A DNA stretch of 25,349 nt from a virus. Taxonomy: Duplodnaviria; Caudoviricetes. Below are positions 1 through 8,159 of the stretch, piece after piece. How positions within the stretch are numbered: position 1 is the first letter of the stretch; each line of letters opens with the position of its first letter. The notes beneath the pieces are model-generated. The model worked only from the letters and a program-made list of their open reading frames with translations, had not been told where the DNA came from and did no database searches. The DNA is taken from positions 1 to 25,349 of IMG/VR virus record IMGVR_UViG_3300008255_000447. One strand, written 5' to 3'. The translations under genes and the position numbers were made by a program.

Positions 1-132
1 AACGGCCGATCGCTCGGCCCGCGCCATCAGAGCAAGCCCGCGAAGCTGGCTCGCGCAGCGCTTCCGATCCGCGAGCGTGGGGGCATGGTGGGGGTCACAT
101 CTCTCGGCTGCGCTGCACCTCGTATCGTTCAT
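1..132 (-). CDS. Small hypothetical protein, runs off the left edge (MNDTRCSAAERCDPHHAPTLADRKRCASQLRGLALMARAERSAV...)
   Basis: Hand-translated: ATG at 132 on minus strand, no stop in 44 codons; preceded by purine-rich GAGAGAGAGGGATCGAAG, nearly identical to the leader of the 245-400 ORF. Confidence 0.55.
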   Translation of the reverse strand, partial: MNDTRCSAAERCDPHHAPTLADRKRCASQLRGLALMARAERSAV

Positions 133-244
133 CTTCGATCCCTCTCTCTCGCGCCGTCTGGCGCTGTCGTGGGCTCCCGGTCTCGGGTGCCTCTCATGCC
201 CGCAGGCCCGGGACTGCCGGGCCGGTGAGGCTATGTTTCGGGGT

Positions 245-400
245 CTATTCCTCTTCCTCATTGCCTGGGTGAGCCAGGATGAACTCCGCGTCGCACCAGT
301 CGCATATCCCCCCGCACCCATCTACACCCATCTCTGCGCAGCTAGGTACGCAGATACATTCCTCAGCGCTCGTCTTCGTCTTCGTGTTCGTGTTGCTCAT
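245..400 (-). CDS. 51-aa Cys-rich hypothetical protein (MSNTNTKTKTSAEECICVPSCAEMGVDGCGGICDWCDAEFILAHPGNEEEE)
   Basis: Hand-translated: ATG at 400, TAG at 247-245; strong SD AAGGAGAGGG upstream; six clustered Cys; below the ORF-track size cutoff. Confidence 0.6.
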   Translation of the reverse strand: MSNTNTKTKTSAEECICVPSCAEMGVDGCGGICDWCDAEFILAHPGNEEEE

Positions 401-489
401 CTCGATCCCTCTCCTTCGGTCACCGGCCCAGCTCGTTCGGCGGGCCCATACTCCGGAAACCAGAAAAAACGGCGGCGGTGGCGCTTCCA

Positions 490-540
490 GGGAGCTTTAC
501 GCACGGGGGGGTGTGCGCATGCACGGGGGGGGGAGCTCCC
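490..540. repeat. G-tract direct repeat (GCACGGGGGGG x2, 20-bp period) ending in palindrome GGGAGCTCCC; candidate packaging/terminus signal
   Basis: GCAC+G7 at 501-511, GCAC+G9 at 521-533, perfect palindrome 531-540, in the divergent intergenic region upstream of terS. Function inferred only. Confidence 0.5.
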
Positions 541-564
541 CTCGCTCGAATTGAAATCCTAGTG

Positions 565-635
565 TTGCCTCTCTGCCACACCTTCCCCAAAATTGGCTAT
601 GGCGAGTAAAACCTACGGATTGGATCTGGTATGGT
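565..635 (+). promoter_or_regulatory. Possible rightward promoter of the late operon
   Basis: TTGCCT(565-570)-N17-CAAAAT(588-593), or extended -10 TGgTATGGT (627-635); locally AT-richer. Weak consensus matches only. Confidence 0.25.
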
Positions 636-649
636 GGTAGTTTTCGGTT

Positions 650-1114
650 ATGTCTCGGATGTCGAAGATGGCGCTTGGTAAGGAGTTGGTGAAGCGAGCG
701 GGTCTGCCAACGCACGAAGGAGATGTTGTGGAGACGCCGGGAGGAGATGTAGTGACGGCGAAGGATGTTCGTCACTATTTACGGGATGGTGTTCCTGGTG
801 GTGGTAAGGCGGCGGTGAGGATACGTCGAGAGGTGGCGTCAGCGCTGGCGATGCAAACGCTGGAGAACCAGCGGATGGTGGAGGCGTTGAAGTCAGGTGG
901 TGTGACGCCGGAATTGGTAGCTGGCGTGGTGAAGGGTTGGCTGGAGCATCCGAATCCAACGGTTCAGGAGGCTGGTGTGAGATTTGCGGCGAAGGCGATG
1001 GGTTTGGACAAGCGGGTGGAGCCGGCAAGGGTAACGGAGACAGCGGAAGCGACGTTTGAGGATTTGCTGGATAGCTGCGAAGATGGTGAAGATGGCGAAG
1101 AGAACGCGGGCTGA
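650..1114 (+). CDS. terS: Terminase small subunit (putative)
   Basis: 154 aa, helical, acidic C-terminal tail; directly upstream of and overlapping terL. Mainly positional. Confidence 0.65.
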   Translation: MSRMSKMALGKELVKRAGLPTHEGDVVETPGGDVVTAKDVRHYLRDGVPGGGKAAVRIRREVASALAMQTLENQRMVEALKSGGVTPELVAGVVKGWLEHPNPTVQEAGVRFAAKAMGLDKRVEPARVTETAEATFEDLLDSCEDGEDGEENAG

Positions 1115-2849
1115 GGTTATCCTGGAGATGCGGGACTCTTGGGAGAAGTGCTGTGCGGAGCATTTCGTTATCAAGAACCGGCGAACGGGTGGTCAGAGCC
1201 TGTTTGTGTGGAACCGTGGCCAGCGGAAGCTGGCAGGAGTGATTCTGGAGCAGTGGTCGTCGGGGAAGCCGATCCGAGTGATTTTGCTGAAGGCGCGGCA
1301 GTTTGGCGGGAGCACGTTGTTTCAGAGCTTCCTGTTGTGGATGGGGATGTTTCGGAAGATGATCCGTGCGTTGACGGTGGGTGACACGGACGACAACGCG
1401 AAGCATTTGCATTCGCTGTCGCGGTTGATGTTTAGGCATGTGGATGGTGATTTGAAGCCGAAGAAGAGCATTGACCGTATGGACCAGTTGTTTTTCGCGA
1501 ATCCTGATTCGAAGACGAGCGCGACGAAGCCGGGTCTGAACTCTGGTCTGTTCTGCGAGACGGCAGGGAGTCTGAGTCGGGATCAGGGTTTGGAGGGGGC
1601 GGTGAGTTTCCGGCGTGGTGAGACGTTTGACCTGCTGCATTTGAGTGAGGTTGCGTTTTGGCCGGACATGAAGCGGCTGATGCAGTCGCTTGTACGAGCT
1701 GTTCCGAAGCGAGCTGGGACGGCGATCTTCCTGGAGAGCACGGCGAATCTGAAGGGTGATCCGTGGTACGACGAGTGTCGTCGTGCGCAGGACGGCGAGA
1801 GCGAATATACGTTTGTGTTCGTGCCGTGGTTCGAGGCGGAGGAGTACGAGTCGGCTGTGCCGGATGTGGGCCTTGGAGAGTTGTCAGGCCGCGAGAAGTG
1901 GCTGATGGAGATTCATGGTGTGAGCGAGGGTCAAATCCAGTGGCGTCGTGAGACGTTGCGGGAGATGCATGACGACCTGAGCGCGTTTCTTCGGGAGTAT
2001 CCGGAGGACCCGGAGAGCTGTTTCACGGTGAGCGGTAGCGGAGTGTTTGGTGGGGTGTTGGCGCAAGCAGAGGCTAGCATCGAAGAGCCGCGGCTGGTGG
2101 GCGATATCGTGAGGGTGAAGGACGAAATCGAGATTCTTCCGAGGCGAGATGCGGAGCTGTGGATTTGGGAGAAGCCGCGTGCTGGTGAACGGTACGTGGT
2201 AGCGGTGGATGCGTCGGAGGGGCTGACGAAGGACGCAGACAACGCGGCGGCGGTTGTTCTGGATCTGTTTGGTCGTGTGGTTGCGTCGTGGAATGGGAAG
2301 GAGCCGCCGGGCGTTTTCGCGTCGACGGTGGCGCTTCTTGGGGAGTGGTACAACTGGGCGCTGATGATGCCGGAGGCAAACGGCCCTGGGCTAGTTGTCC
2401 TCGAGGGTCTGTTCGAGATGGGTTATCCACGGATCTACCAGCGGCGGCTGGTTGACGGCAGGCCGCACACCAAGGTGGACCGTGGTGGGTGGGTTACGAC
2501 GAAGCAGAGTCGTGGCATCTTGATTGCGGGGATTCGTAGTTATCTTGCTGAAATGAAGGGTGAGGGTTGCGGTGTTCGTGACCGGCGTCTGGTTCGGGAG
2601 TTGGGTACTTTCGTCAAGAAGGTTGGATCGTCTGGCGGTGTGAGAATAGAAGCGGCGCATGGTTGTACGGATGACCTCGTGATGGCCTACGGGATCGCGT
2701 TGCAGGGGTCGCACGAGTTCAAGCCAGGGAAGGTGGTCCAGATTGGTTATCGTGTTGGTCGTGAACCTCGGTCGCCGATTCAGCGTATTCGGTACTTGAA
2801 CCCGGATAGGGACAAGCAGAAGGGGATCAGAAGAGTAGGTGTTGCTTGA
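1083..2849 (+). CDS. terL: Terminase large subunit (ATPase + RNase H-like nuclease)
   Basis: Walker A ILLKARQFGGST, Walker B LLHLSEVAFW, coupling motif FLESTAN, nuclease YVVAVDASEG, EANGPG and DDLVMA. Start uncertain (TTG 1056, ATG 1083 or ATG 1092). Confidence 0.95.
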   Translation: MVKMAKRTRAEVILEMRDSWEKCCAEHFVIKNRRTGGQSLFVWNRGQRKLAGVILEQWSSGKPIRVILLKARQFGGSTLFQSFLLWMGMFRKMIRALTVGDTDDNAKHLHSLSRLMFRHVDGDLKPKKSIDRMDQLFFANPDSKTSATKPGLNSGLFCETAGSLSRDQGLEGAVSFRRGETFDLLHLSEVAFWPDMKRLMQSLVRAVPKRAGTAIFLESTANLKGDPWYDECRRAQDGESEYTFVFVPWFEAEEYESAVPDVGLGELSGREKWLMEIHGVSEGQIQWRRETLREMHDDLSAFLREYPEDPESCFTVSGSGVFGGVLAQAEASIEEPRLVGDIVRVKDEIEILPRRDAELWIWEKPRAGERYVVAVDASEGLTKDADNAAAVVLDLFGRVVASWNGKEPPGVFASTVALLGEWYNWALMMPEANGPGLVVLEGLFEMGYPRIYQRRLVDGRPHTKVDRGGWVTTKQSRGILIAGIRSYLAEMKGEGCGVRDRRLVRELGTFVKKVGSSGGVRIEAAHGCTDDLVMAYGIALQGSHEFKPGKVVQIGYRVGREPRSPIQRIRYLNPDRDKQKGIRRVGVA

Positions 2850-3067
2850 GCGATCTGGCCGTTGGATATCTGGTTGGGCATGTTGTCGCGTGGGTTGAGG
2901 TGGTTCTTGCGATGGTGTTTGTGCGGTGGTTGTCGCGGTCAGTCGGCGGTGTGGTGCCTGGATTTGTCGGGGTTGGGTCAGTACGGACGCACTGGGAGCC
3001 GAGTGAGCGGTCTGGAATGAGGCCGTTGCCGAACCCTGGTAGGCGAACGCCGGAAGGTGTCGCGTGA
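2846..3067 (+). CDS. Small putative membrane protein between terL and portal
   Basis: 73 aa; 4-nt overlaps with both neighbours; hydrophobic N-terminal segment LAVGYLVGHVVAWVEVVLAMVFV followed by a basic/Pro tail. Confidence 0.6.
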   Translation: MSDLAVGYLVGHVVAWVEVVLAMVFVRWLSRSVGGVVPGFVGVGSVRTHWEPSERSGMRPLPNPGRRTPEGVA

Positions 3068-5241
3068 GCATTTTGGAGCGGACCAAGGCTTTGTTTGCAG
3101 GCGTGGTGCCCGGGTCGAAGGGCGCAACGGCGTCTTCATCGGAGGCGCTGGCGAAGCAGAGCGAAGCAGAGAACACGCTGGCGTCGCTCCTGTTGGATAG
3201 GTTTCGTGCGGATACGGAGGGTGGAAACCAGGCCCACGAGAGGTATGGGCTCTACCTGGAGAGGTGGCGGCGGCGGTATCGGCTGCCGGACCGGGCCTCG
3301 TGGCGCTCGAACGTCAATACCGGAGCGGAGTTTGCGAGTATAGAGACTCAGGTTTCCATTTTGACAGCGACGCCGCTACGGCTTGAGATTCGGCCAAAGA
3401 GCAATCCGAAGCTGGCCGTTCTAGCGCCGTTCTTTCAGTCGATGTTTGACGACTGGTCAGAGCGCCATCATTTCCAGGACCAGATCGAGCGGGCCGTGCG
3501 GATCAGTCTTCTGAATTCGTGGTGTGACTCGAAAACTGGTTGGGATCCTGAGTTTGGGGGAGGCGAAGGGGACCCAGTTGTTACGATTACGGACCCGCGA
3601 AACGTGTACGTGGATCAAGAGGCGACCAGCTTTCACGGCAGAAAGCGTTACACGGAGATCGAGTGGTTCACTGCCGAGGAGATGTCCGTGCTGTTTGGGC
3701 GCTCGGCCGAGGGCCTGAGTTCACAGAACAGGTATTACGATTCTGGGCTTGGGATGGCGAGTGAGGCTGAGGGTACGAGTCAGCTCCAGAAGATCCGGGT
3801 GATCCGGGTCTGGTGGGAAGACCTATCTCGGGAGAGGGTCGAGGTTCCCTTTGCGCCACAGGAAGAGGCGGCTCCGCTGACGATTGGCGAGGATGAGCAG
3901 ATCGTTGAGGTTGAAGACAACACGTCGTCAGAGGAAAAGCTGCTCGACAAGGAGTCTGTCTGGGTCAGGAAATACCCGTCTGGTCGCGTGACGACGTTAA
4001 CCGACGAGGGAATCATCCTGGATGACCGGCCGAACCCCTATCCGGATTGGCCCCATAACCGGCTTTACAACTACGCCGACCCGCACATGGCGACTGGTAT
4101 TTCTGAGATGGATCTAACGCGAGAGATTCAGGACGTGATCGATACGTTCCTATCGAACGCCTCGGACCACATGGAGCAGCACGGGAACTACCGGATGATT
4201 CTGGAGAGTTCGACCGGGATCGACCCGGACCAGGTGACCGGGGCACCGGGGGAAATCTTCGTGCCGAACGCCGGGACCGGTCAGACGATTCGCTGGATGG
4301 AGCCGCCACCGTTGCAGGAGTGGGTTGTTCAGATCCCGGAACTGATGCGGCGATGGCACGACAACGCGACGGGTGTCCAGGACGTGATTCGTGGTGAGCG
4401 GCCGGCGGGTTTGGAGACGTTCGCAACGCTTCGGGCGCTCGAGGATTCTGGTTTGTCTCGGATCAAGCCGAAGGCGAAGAGACTTCGGGAGTTCGTCCGA
4501 CAGATTGCCCTACGGGTGATCTACATGTTCCAGACCCGATATACGACGCCGAGGAAGCTCCGCGTTTCAGGCGACAAGGGAGAGAAGCTGGTTCGCATCC
4601 TGACTGAGAACCAGGAGTTCATCGCGGAAAACTCTGGGTTGACGCCGGATGAGGATGGATTTAGCCCGGAAGATGCCATTCGGTATCTCGGCCAGTCGGG
4701 GAAGGATTTCTATTTCGAGATCATCGGGATCGGGATGAAGGGGGCCATGGATATCGAAGTTCAGTCCGGCCGGATGATCGAGAAGACTCAGGCAGAGATT
4801 GAAGCTACCGCGCTGGAGCTCTCACGAGAAGGCCACATTGACACCCAGGACTTGCTGGAGAAGATCGATTGGCCGGCCCGTGAGGGTGTTCTGGAGCGGG
4901 TTGGACAGCTTCAGCAGGCGCAGGCTCAGATTGAGCAACTGACGGCTGCGTTGCAGGAGATGCAGAATCAGATTCAAGGGCAGGGGCAGGGGCAGGCGTT
5001 TCAGGGAGCGCCGGGAGGGTCTGACCCATTGGTAGCACCGATTCCTGGAGCGGTTGACGCTGGCCCCCTGGACCCGGATCAGGAAAATCAGCTTCTGGCG
5101 GACGGCCAGTTGCTGGTGACGCATCCCGAAGACGATATTGCTCAACACATTCAGGTTCATACCGTCGCGATGCAGCAGGCGCCCGGAGAGGTTCAGCCTG
5201 TATTCGCGCAGCACATCCAGATGCACCAAGGAAGGGGGTGA
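3064..5241 (+). CDS. Portal protein, P22-like, with Gln-rich C-terminal barrel
   Basis: 725 aa after terL; portal-like segments TDPRNVYVD, KYPSGRVTT, NATGVQDVIRGERPAG; Q-rich coiled coil near the C-terminus; SD GGAAGG before GTG. Confidence 0.9.
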   Translation: MSILERTKALFAGVVPGSKGATASSSEALAKQSEAENTLASLLLDRFRADTEGGNQAHERYGLYLERWRRRYRLPDRASWRSNVNTGAEFASIETQVSILTATPLRLEIRPKSNPKLAVLAPFFQSMFDDWSERHHFQDQIERAVRISLLNSWCDSKTGWDPEFGGGEGDPVVTITDPRNVYVDQEATSFHGRKRYTEIEWFTAEEMSVLFGRSAEGLSSQNRYYDSGLGMASEAEGTSQLQKIRVIRVWWEDLSRERVEVPFAPQEEAAPLTIGEDEQIVEVEDNTSSEEKLLDKESVWVRKYPSGRVTTLTDEGIILDDRPNPYPDWPHNRLYNYADPHMATGISEMDLTREIQDVIDTFLSNASDHMEQHGNYRMILESSTGIDPDQVTGAPGEIFVPNAGTGQTIRWMEPPPLQEWVVQIPELMRRWHDNATGVQDVIRGERPAGLETFATLRALEDSGLSRIKPKAKRLREFVRQIALRVIYMFQTRYTTPRKLRVSGDKGEKLVRILTENQEFIAENSGLTPDEDGFSPEDAIRYLGQSGKDFYFEIIGIGMKGAMDIEVQSGRMIEKTQAEIEATALELSREGHIDTQDLLEKIDWPAREGVLERVGQLQQAQAQIEQLTAALQEMQNQIQGQGQGQAFQGAPGGSDPLVAPIPGAVDAGPLDPDQENQLLADGQLLVTHPEDDIAQHIQVHTVAMQQAPGEVQPVFAQHIQMHQGRG

Positions 5242-5351
5242 TGGCGATGAAGGGAAACAACGGCAGCACGGTTCCGGTGAAGATGGAGGTCGAAGTCACT
5301 CGGGTCCCTGGCGGCAACATGAAGCCGCGACCGGGAACAAAGGGCAAGTGA
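5241..5351 (+). CDS. 36-aa basic peptide (MAMKGNNGSTVPVKMEVEVTRVPGGNMKPRPGTKGK)
   Basis: Hand-translated; TGATG overlap with the portal stop; SD-like AAGGAAGGGGG upstream; fills the portal-scaffold gap. Confidence 0.55.
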   Translation: MAMKGNNGSTVPVKMEVEVTRVPGGNMKPRPGTKGK

Positions 5352-5365
5352 GCTGAAGTTTTACG

Positions 5366-5392
5366 TTGCGGGTCTGATGAACTGGCCCGCAA
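5366..5392 (+). promoter_or_regulatory. Stem-loop immediately 5' of the scaffold RBS
   Basis: TTGCGGGTC / GGCCCGCAA 9-bp stem (one G-U), 9-nt loop, 3 nt before GGAGG (5396-5400); no U-tract. Confidence 0.5.
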
Positions 5393-5406
5393 ACTGGAGG
5401 AAGGAC

Positions 5407-6210
5407 ATGGCGACTGACGCCGATTCCGTTGAAGTTCCTGGCGCCGACAACGGCACTCCCAGGGGATTCGACGCCGACGAAGCAGCCATTGAGGTTGAAG
5501 TCGAAGAGACAGTCGAGACCCGGGACGAGGATCAGGAGAGCAAGCCGGAGGATCTTCAGGCGAAGGTTCGAGAACTCGAGAGAGTGAATGAGGCGCTGTC
5601 TAAGTCCGCGAAGGACACGAAGGCGGCGTTTCACCAGACGCGGCAGGAGATCGCCGAACTCAAGCGTCGGCTTGAGGATAGGCAGCCTGTCGTCGAACCA
5701 GAACCAGATGTTGACCTTGCAACGGCAATCGCCAATGGAACCGAGAAAGAAGCGCTCGATCGGCTGCTGGATGCGCGTGAACAGCGCATCCGAAAGCAGC
5801 ACGCTGATCGAGAGCAGGCCATCGCCAATCAGCTACAGGCTGAGTGGATTGACCTGGTTGACGCGGACGGTTCTGTCGGTGAGTTCAAGTCGGAGATGCA
5901 GCAACTTTCTGGAGAGTATCCCAACGCCACCCTCGGCGGCCTCTGGGTTCGATACGGCCAGGCCCTCAAGGACCGAAAGAACTGGGCCGGAAACGGCAAG
6001 GACGCCGACCGACTCCGCAGAGAAGGGGCCCTTGCGGTCGTGAACAAGGACAAGAGCAACCGGGTCGCGACCGCAACCGTTGACGCCAACGGCAAGGCGG
6101 GAGTGGCCCCAGGCAATAGAATCAAGCTGACAAAGGAAGAGGCGGACATGGCCAAGAGGTTCGGCCTGTCGCTCGCGGACTATGCCAAGTACCGGCAGAA
6201 GTCGCAGTAG
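5407..6210 (+). CDS. Capsid scaffolding protein
   Basis: SD GGAGG then ATG 5407 (MATDADS...); acidic N-terminus, coiled coil, C-terminal helix-turn-helix-like KLTKEEADMAKRFGLSLADYAKY; lies between portal and capsid genes. Confidence 0.8.
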   Translation: MATDADSVEVPGADNGTPRGFDADEAAIEVEVEETVETRDEDQESKPEDLQAKVRELERVNEALSKSAKDTKAAFHQTRQEIAELKRRLEDRQPVVEPEPDVDLATAIANGTEKEALDRLLDAREQRIRKQHADREQAIANQLQAEWIDLVDADGSVGEFKSEMQQLSGEYPNATLGGLWVRYGQALKDRKNWAGNGKDADRLRREGALAVVNKDKSNRVATATVDANGKAGVAPGNRIKLTKEEADMAKRFGLSLADYAKYRQKSQ

Positions 6211-6421
6211 CGTCGAACGGCGGCGACACCGCCGGGCCATCGGGGTCGAGATCGGCATTCAGCCTAGACGTCATTTCCAGCATCAGTCTTCAGAGGAACC
6301 AAACAAAGTACCTTGCGGGCGTTGTGGATTCAGTAGCTGCGATACGGAACGGGACACGCTGTGTCCGTTCTGTAGGACGGAGAACTATCTCGGCGCTCAC
6401 TCGGAGTCGAGGAGCTGGTAA
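6182..6421 (+). CDS. Small zinc-ribbon-like protein
   Basis: 79 aa, basic N-terminus, CGRC...CPFC; fills the gap; its stop overlaps the next ATG (TAATG). Confidence 0.6.
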   Translation: MPSTGRSRSSVERRRHRRAIGVEIGIQPRRHFQHQSSEEPNKVPCGRCGFSSCDTERDTLCPFCRTENYLGAHSESRSW

Positions 6422-7173
6422 TGCAGATTTCGAGACTGTTTCACCCCGGTGCGGCGTTCATCCGCGATCAGCGGCTCGTCGATCCGGGCGGGAGCGCTGA
6501 TATCAAGTACGGCGCCGCGCTGATGGCGGGCACCACGACGAGCCGATCGGGGCTGGTTCTCGCGTCTGGCGCCATCGCGGATTTCGCTGGCATCTGTCTG
6601 GAGGAAGCGCTGAGCGCCGCCTTCGGGACGGTCGCCCTGGGAACGCTGCTCAAGCGGAAGGTGGCGCTGGAGCCGTCCGCGCTCTACGAGGTCGAGTGCA
6701 GTCAGGCTGCGGCTGACCTGATCGCCAACGACGTGGCTAGTGCAACAGCGGGCTCTACGACGTTCACGACCGATCAGGCCGACGACTTCGACGGTGGCTG
6801 GAAGTACATCGTGACGGGAACCGGAGCCGGGCAGCTTCGCTACGTCACGGCGGCGACAACGACCGTCTTCACGAACGGCCTGACGGACTGGACCACCCAG
6901 CCTGACGCCACGAGCGACCTAATGATGATTCCGAGCCGCAACACGCAGCTTCTGGACCTTCGGGCAGACGCAACGATGTTCGCGTGCCAGAACGGGTCCA
7001 GCAGCGCAGAGGTCGGGCGCATCCACGTGGTCGAGCTGAAGATCAAGAGCGACGCCATCGCGACGACGCCGCTGGAAGAACTGACGCACGAGCTAGACGG
7101 CCTGAACACGGCCAATGTCAGGTTCTTCCTGGAAGTGTTCTTCACCAACAGCATTCTGCACAAGATCGACTAG
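6421..7173 (+). CDS. Putative capsid decoration/cement protein
   Basis: 250 aa, A/T/G-rich and beta-rich; directly upstream of the MCP; contains phage structural motif IVTGTGAGQLRYV...WTTQPDATS. Confidence 0.55.
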   Translation: MQISRLFHPGAAFIRDQRLVDPGGSADIKYGAALMAGTTTSRSGLVLASGAIADFAGICLEEALSAAFGTVALGTLLKRKVALEPSALYEVECSQAAADLIANDVASATAGSTTFTTDQADDFDGGWKYIVTGTGAGQLRYVTAATTTVFTNGLTDWTTQPDATSDLMMIPSRNTQLLDLRADATMFACQNGSSSAEVGRIHVVELKIKSDAIATTPLEELTHELDGLNTANVRFFLEVFFTNSILHKID

Positions 7174-7189
7174 GAGGAGGTGAGATCAG

Positions 7190-8095
7190 ATGACCCACAT
7201 CAGCGAAAATTGGGCAAACACCGTCGACCCTGTCATCAGGCACGTGTTCGACACGTCCCTTATGGGCATGACGAAGGACTGGGTGTCTCGCCTCTACCGT
7301 GTCGAGACCTCGGATCGGAGTATCGAGAGGTCTCTGGGTGTCGGCGGCTTCTCGGATCTCCAGGCCCACAACGGCGAGGCTCAGGAACTGCTCAGCTACG
7401 AGCAGTACCTCCAGACGTACACGCACAGCGAGTATTCCGGCCTGATCACCATCGAGAAGAAGTGGCTCGAGGACGACCTGACCGGAACGGCGAAGTCGAG
7501 GGCCGAGGGCGCTGCCGGCGCGTGGTTTCGCACCCGTCAGAAGCACGCGGCGAGCATCTTCGAAGAGGCATTCACAACGACCCGTGGCGCCGATTCGCTG
7601 GCTCTCTGCGCCTCGGCGCACACGAGCAAGACGCCTGGCGTCGCGGTCCAGAGCAACACAGGGACCGCAACGCTCACGTCGGCAAACATCGTGGCCGGCC
7701 AGAACAACATGAACGTCTACAAAGACGATCAGGGCGAGCTCATGTCGTCCAACGGAACGCTGGTTCTGGCTGGCAACGCTCAGCGGGAGACGCTCTCGAA
7801 GATCCTGAAGAGTGTTCACGTCCACGGATCAGCCAACTACGATCCGAGCATCGGCCGCGAGACGTTCGATGGCGACGACCTGAAGGGCGTGATCTGGAAC
7901 CGGATCACCGGCAACAAGTGGTTCCTCATCGACGAGCAGATGATGAAGACGATGCTTCGCTGGTACGACCGCGTGAAGAAGGAGATCGTCCGAGATGTCG
8001 CCTTCAAGCAGAGGGCGGCGCAGTGGATGGTATACGGTCGATGGAGCTACGGCTTCGATGACTGGCGCTGGATCTACGGTAACAACCCCGGCTAA
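7190..8095 (+). CDS. Major capsid protein (HK97 fold, resembling the Mu gpT-like head subunit family)
   Basis: 301 aa; strongest SD in the window (AGGAGGAGGT); strong codon bias; motifs YSGLITIEKKWLEDD, DSLALCASAH, KWFLID, RWSYGFDDWRWIYG. Confidence 0.88.
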   Translation: MTHISENWANTVDPVIRHVFDTSLMGMTKDWVSRLYRVETSDRSIERSLGVGGFSDLQAHNGEAQELLSYEQYLQTYTHSEYSGLITIEKKWLEDDLTGTAKSRAEGAAGAWFRTRQKHAASIFEEAFTTTRGADSLALCASAHTSKTPGVAVQSNTGTATLTSANIVAGQNNMNVYKDDQGELMSSNGTLVLAGNAQRETLSKILKSVHVHGSANYDPSIGRETFDGDDLKGVIWNRITGNKWFLIDEQMMKTMLRWYDRVKKEIVRDVAFKQRAAQWMVYGRWSYGFDDWRWIYGNNPG

Positions 8096-8111
8096 AGAAC
8101 TGAAGCATGAA

Positions 8112-8143
8112 GGCCCCCGGGCGACGTGAAGTCCCCTGGGGCC
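8112..8143 (+). terminator. GC-rich hairpin after the MCP (attenuator or mRNA stabiliser)
   Basis: GGCCCCCGGGCGAC-GTGAA-GTCCCCTGGGGCC imperfect stem; no U-tract, so not a classic intrinsic terminator. Confidence 0.4.
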
Positions 8144-8159
8144 AAGATGGAGCTGAAGA

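Noticed and set aside
77-562. Plus-strand ORFs 77-562 and 279-554
   Set aside because: No SD, and they span G-tracts and hairpins; the minus-strand mini-ORFs with strong repeated leaders explain the region better.
648-3176. Long minus-strand ORFs (648-1640, 2391-3176)
   Set aside because: Pro/His/Gln-rich antisense shadows of the G/T-skewed terminase genes.
5374-5400. CTGATGA resembling a hammerhead ribozyme core
   Set aside because: No stem II followed by GAAA (GCAAAC instead) and no matching stems I/III.
7180-8061. 293-aa alternative-frame ORF over the MCP
   Set aside because: Arg-rich shadow frame produced by strong codon bias.
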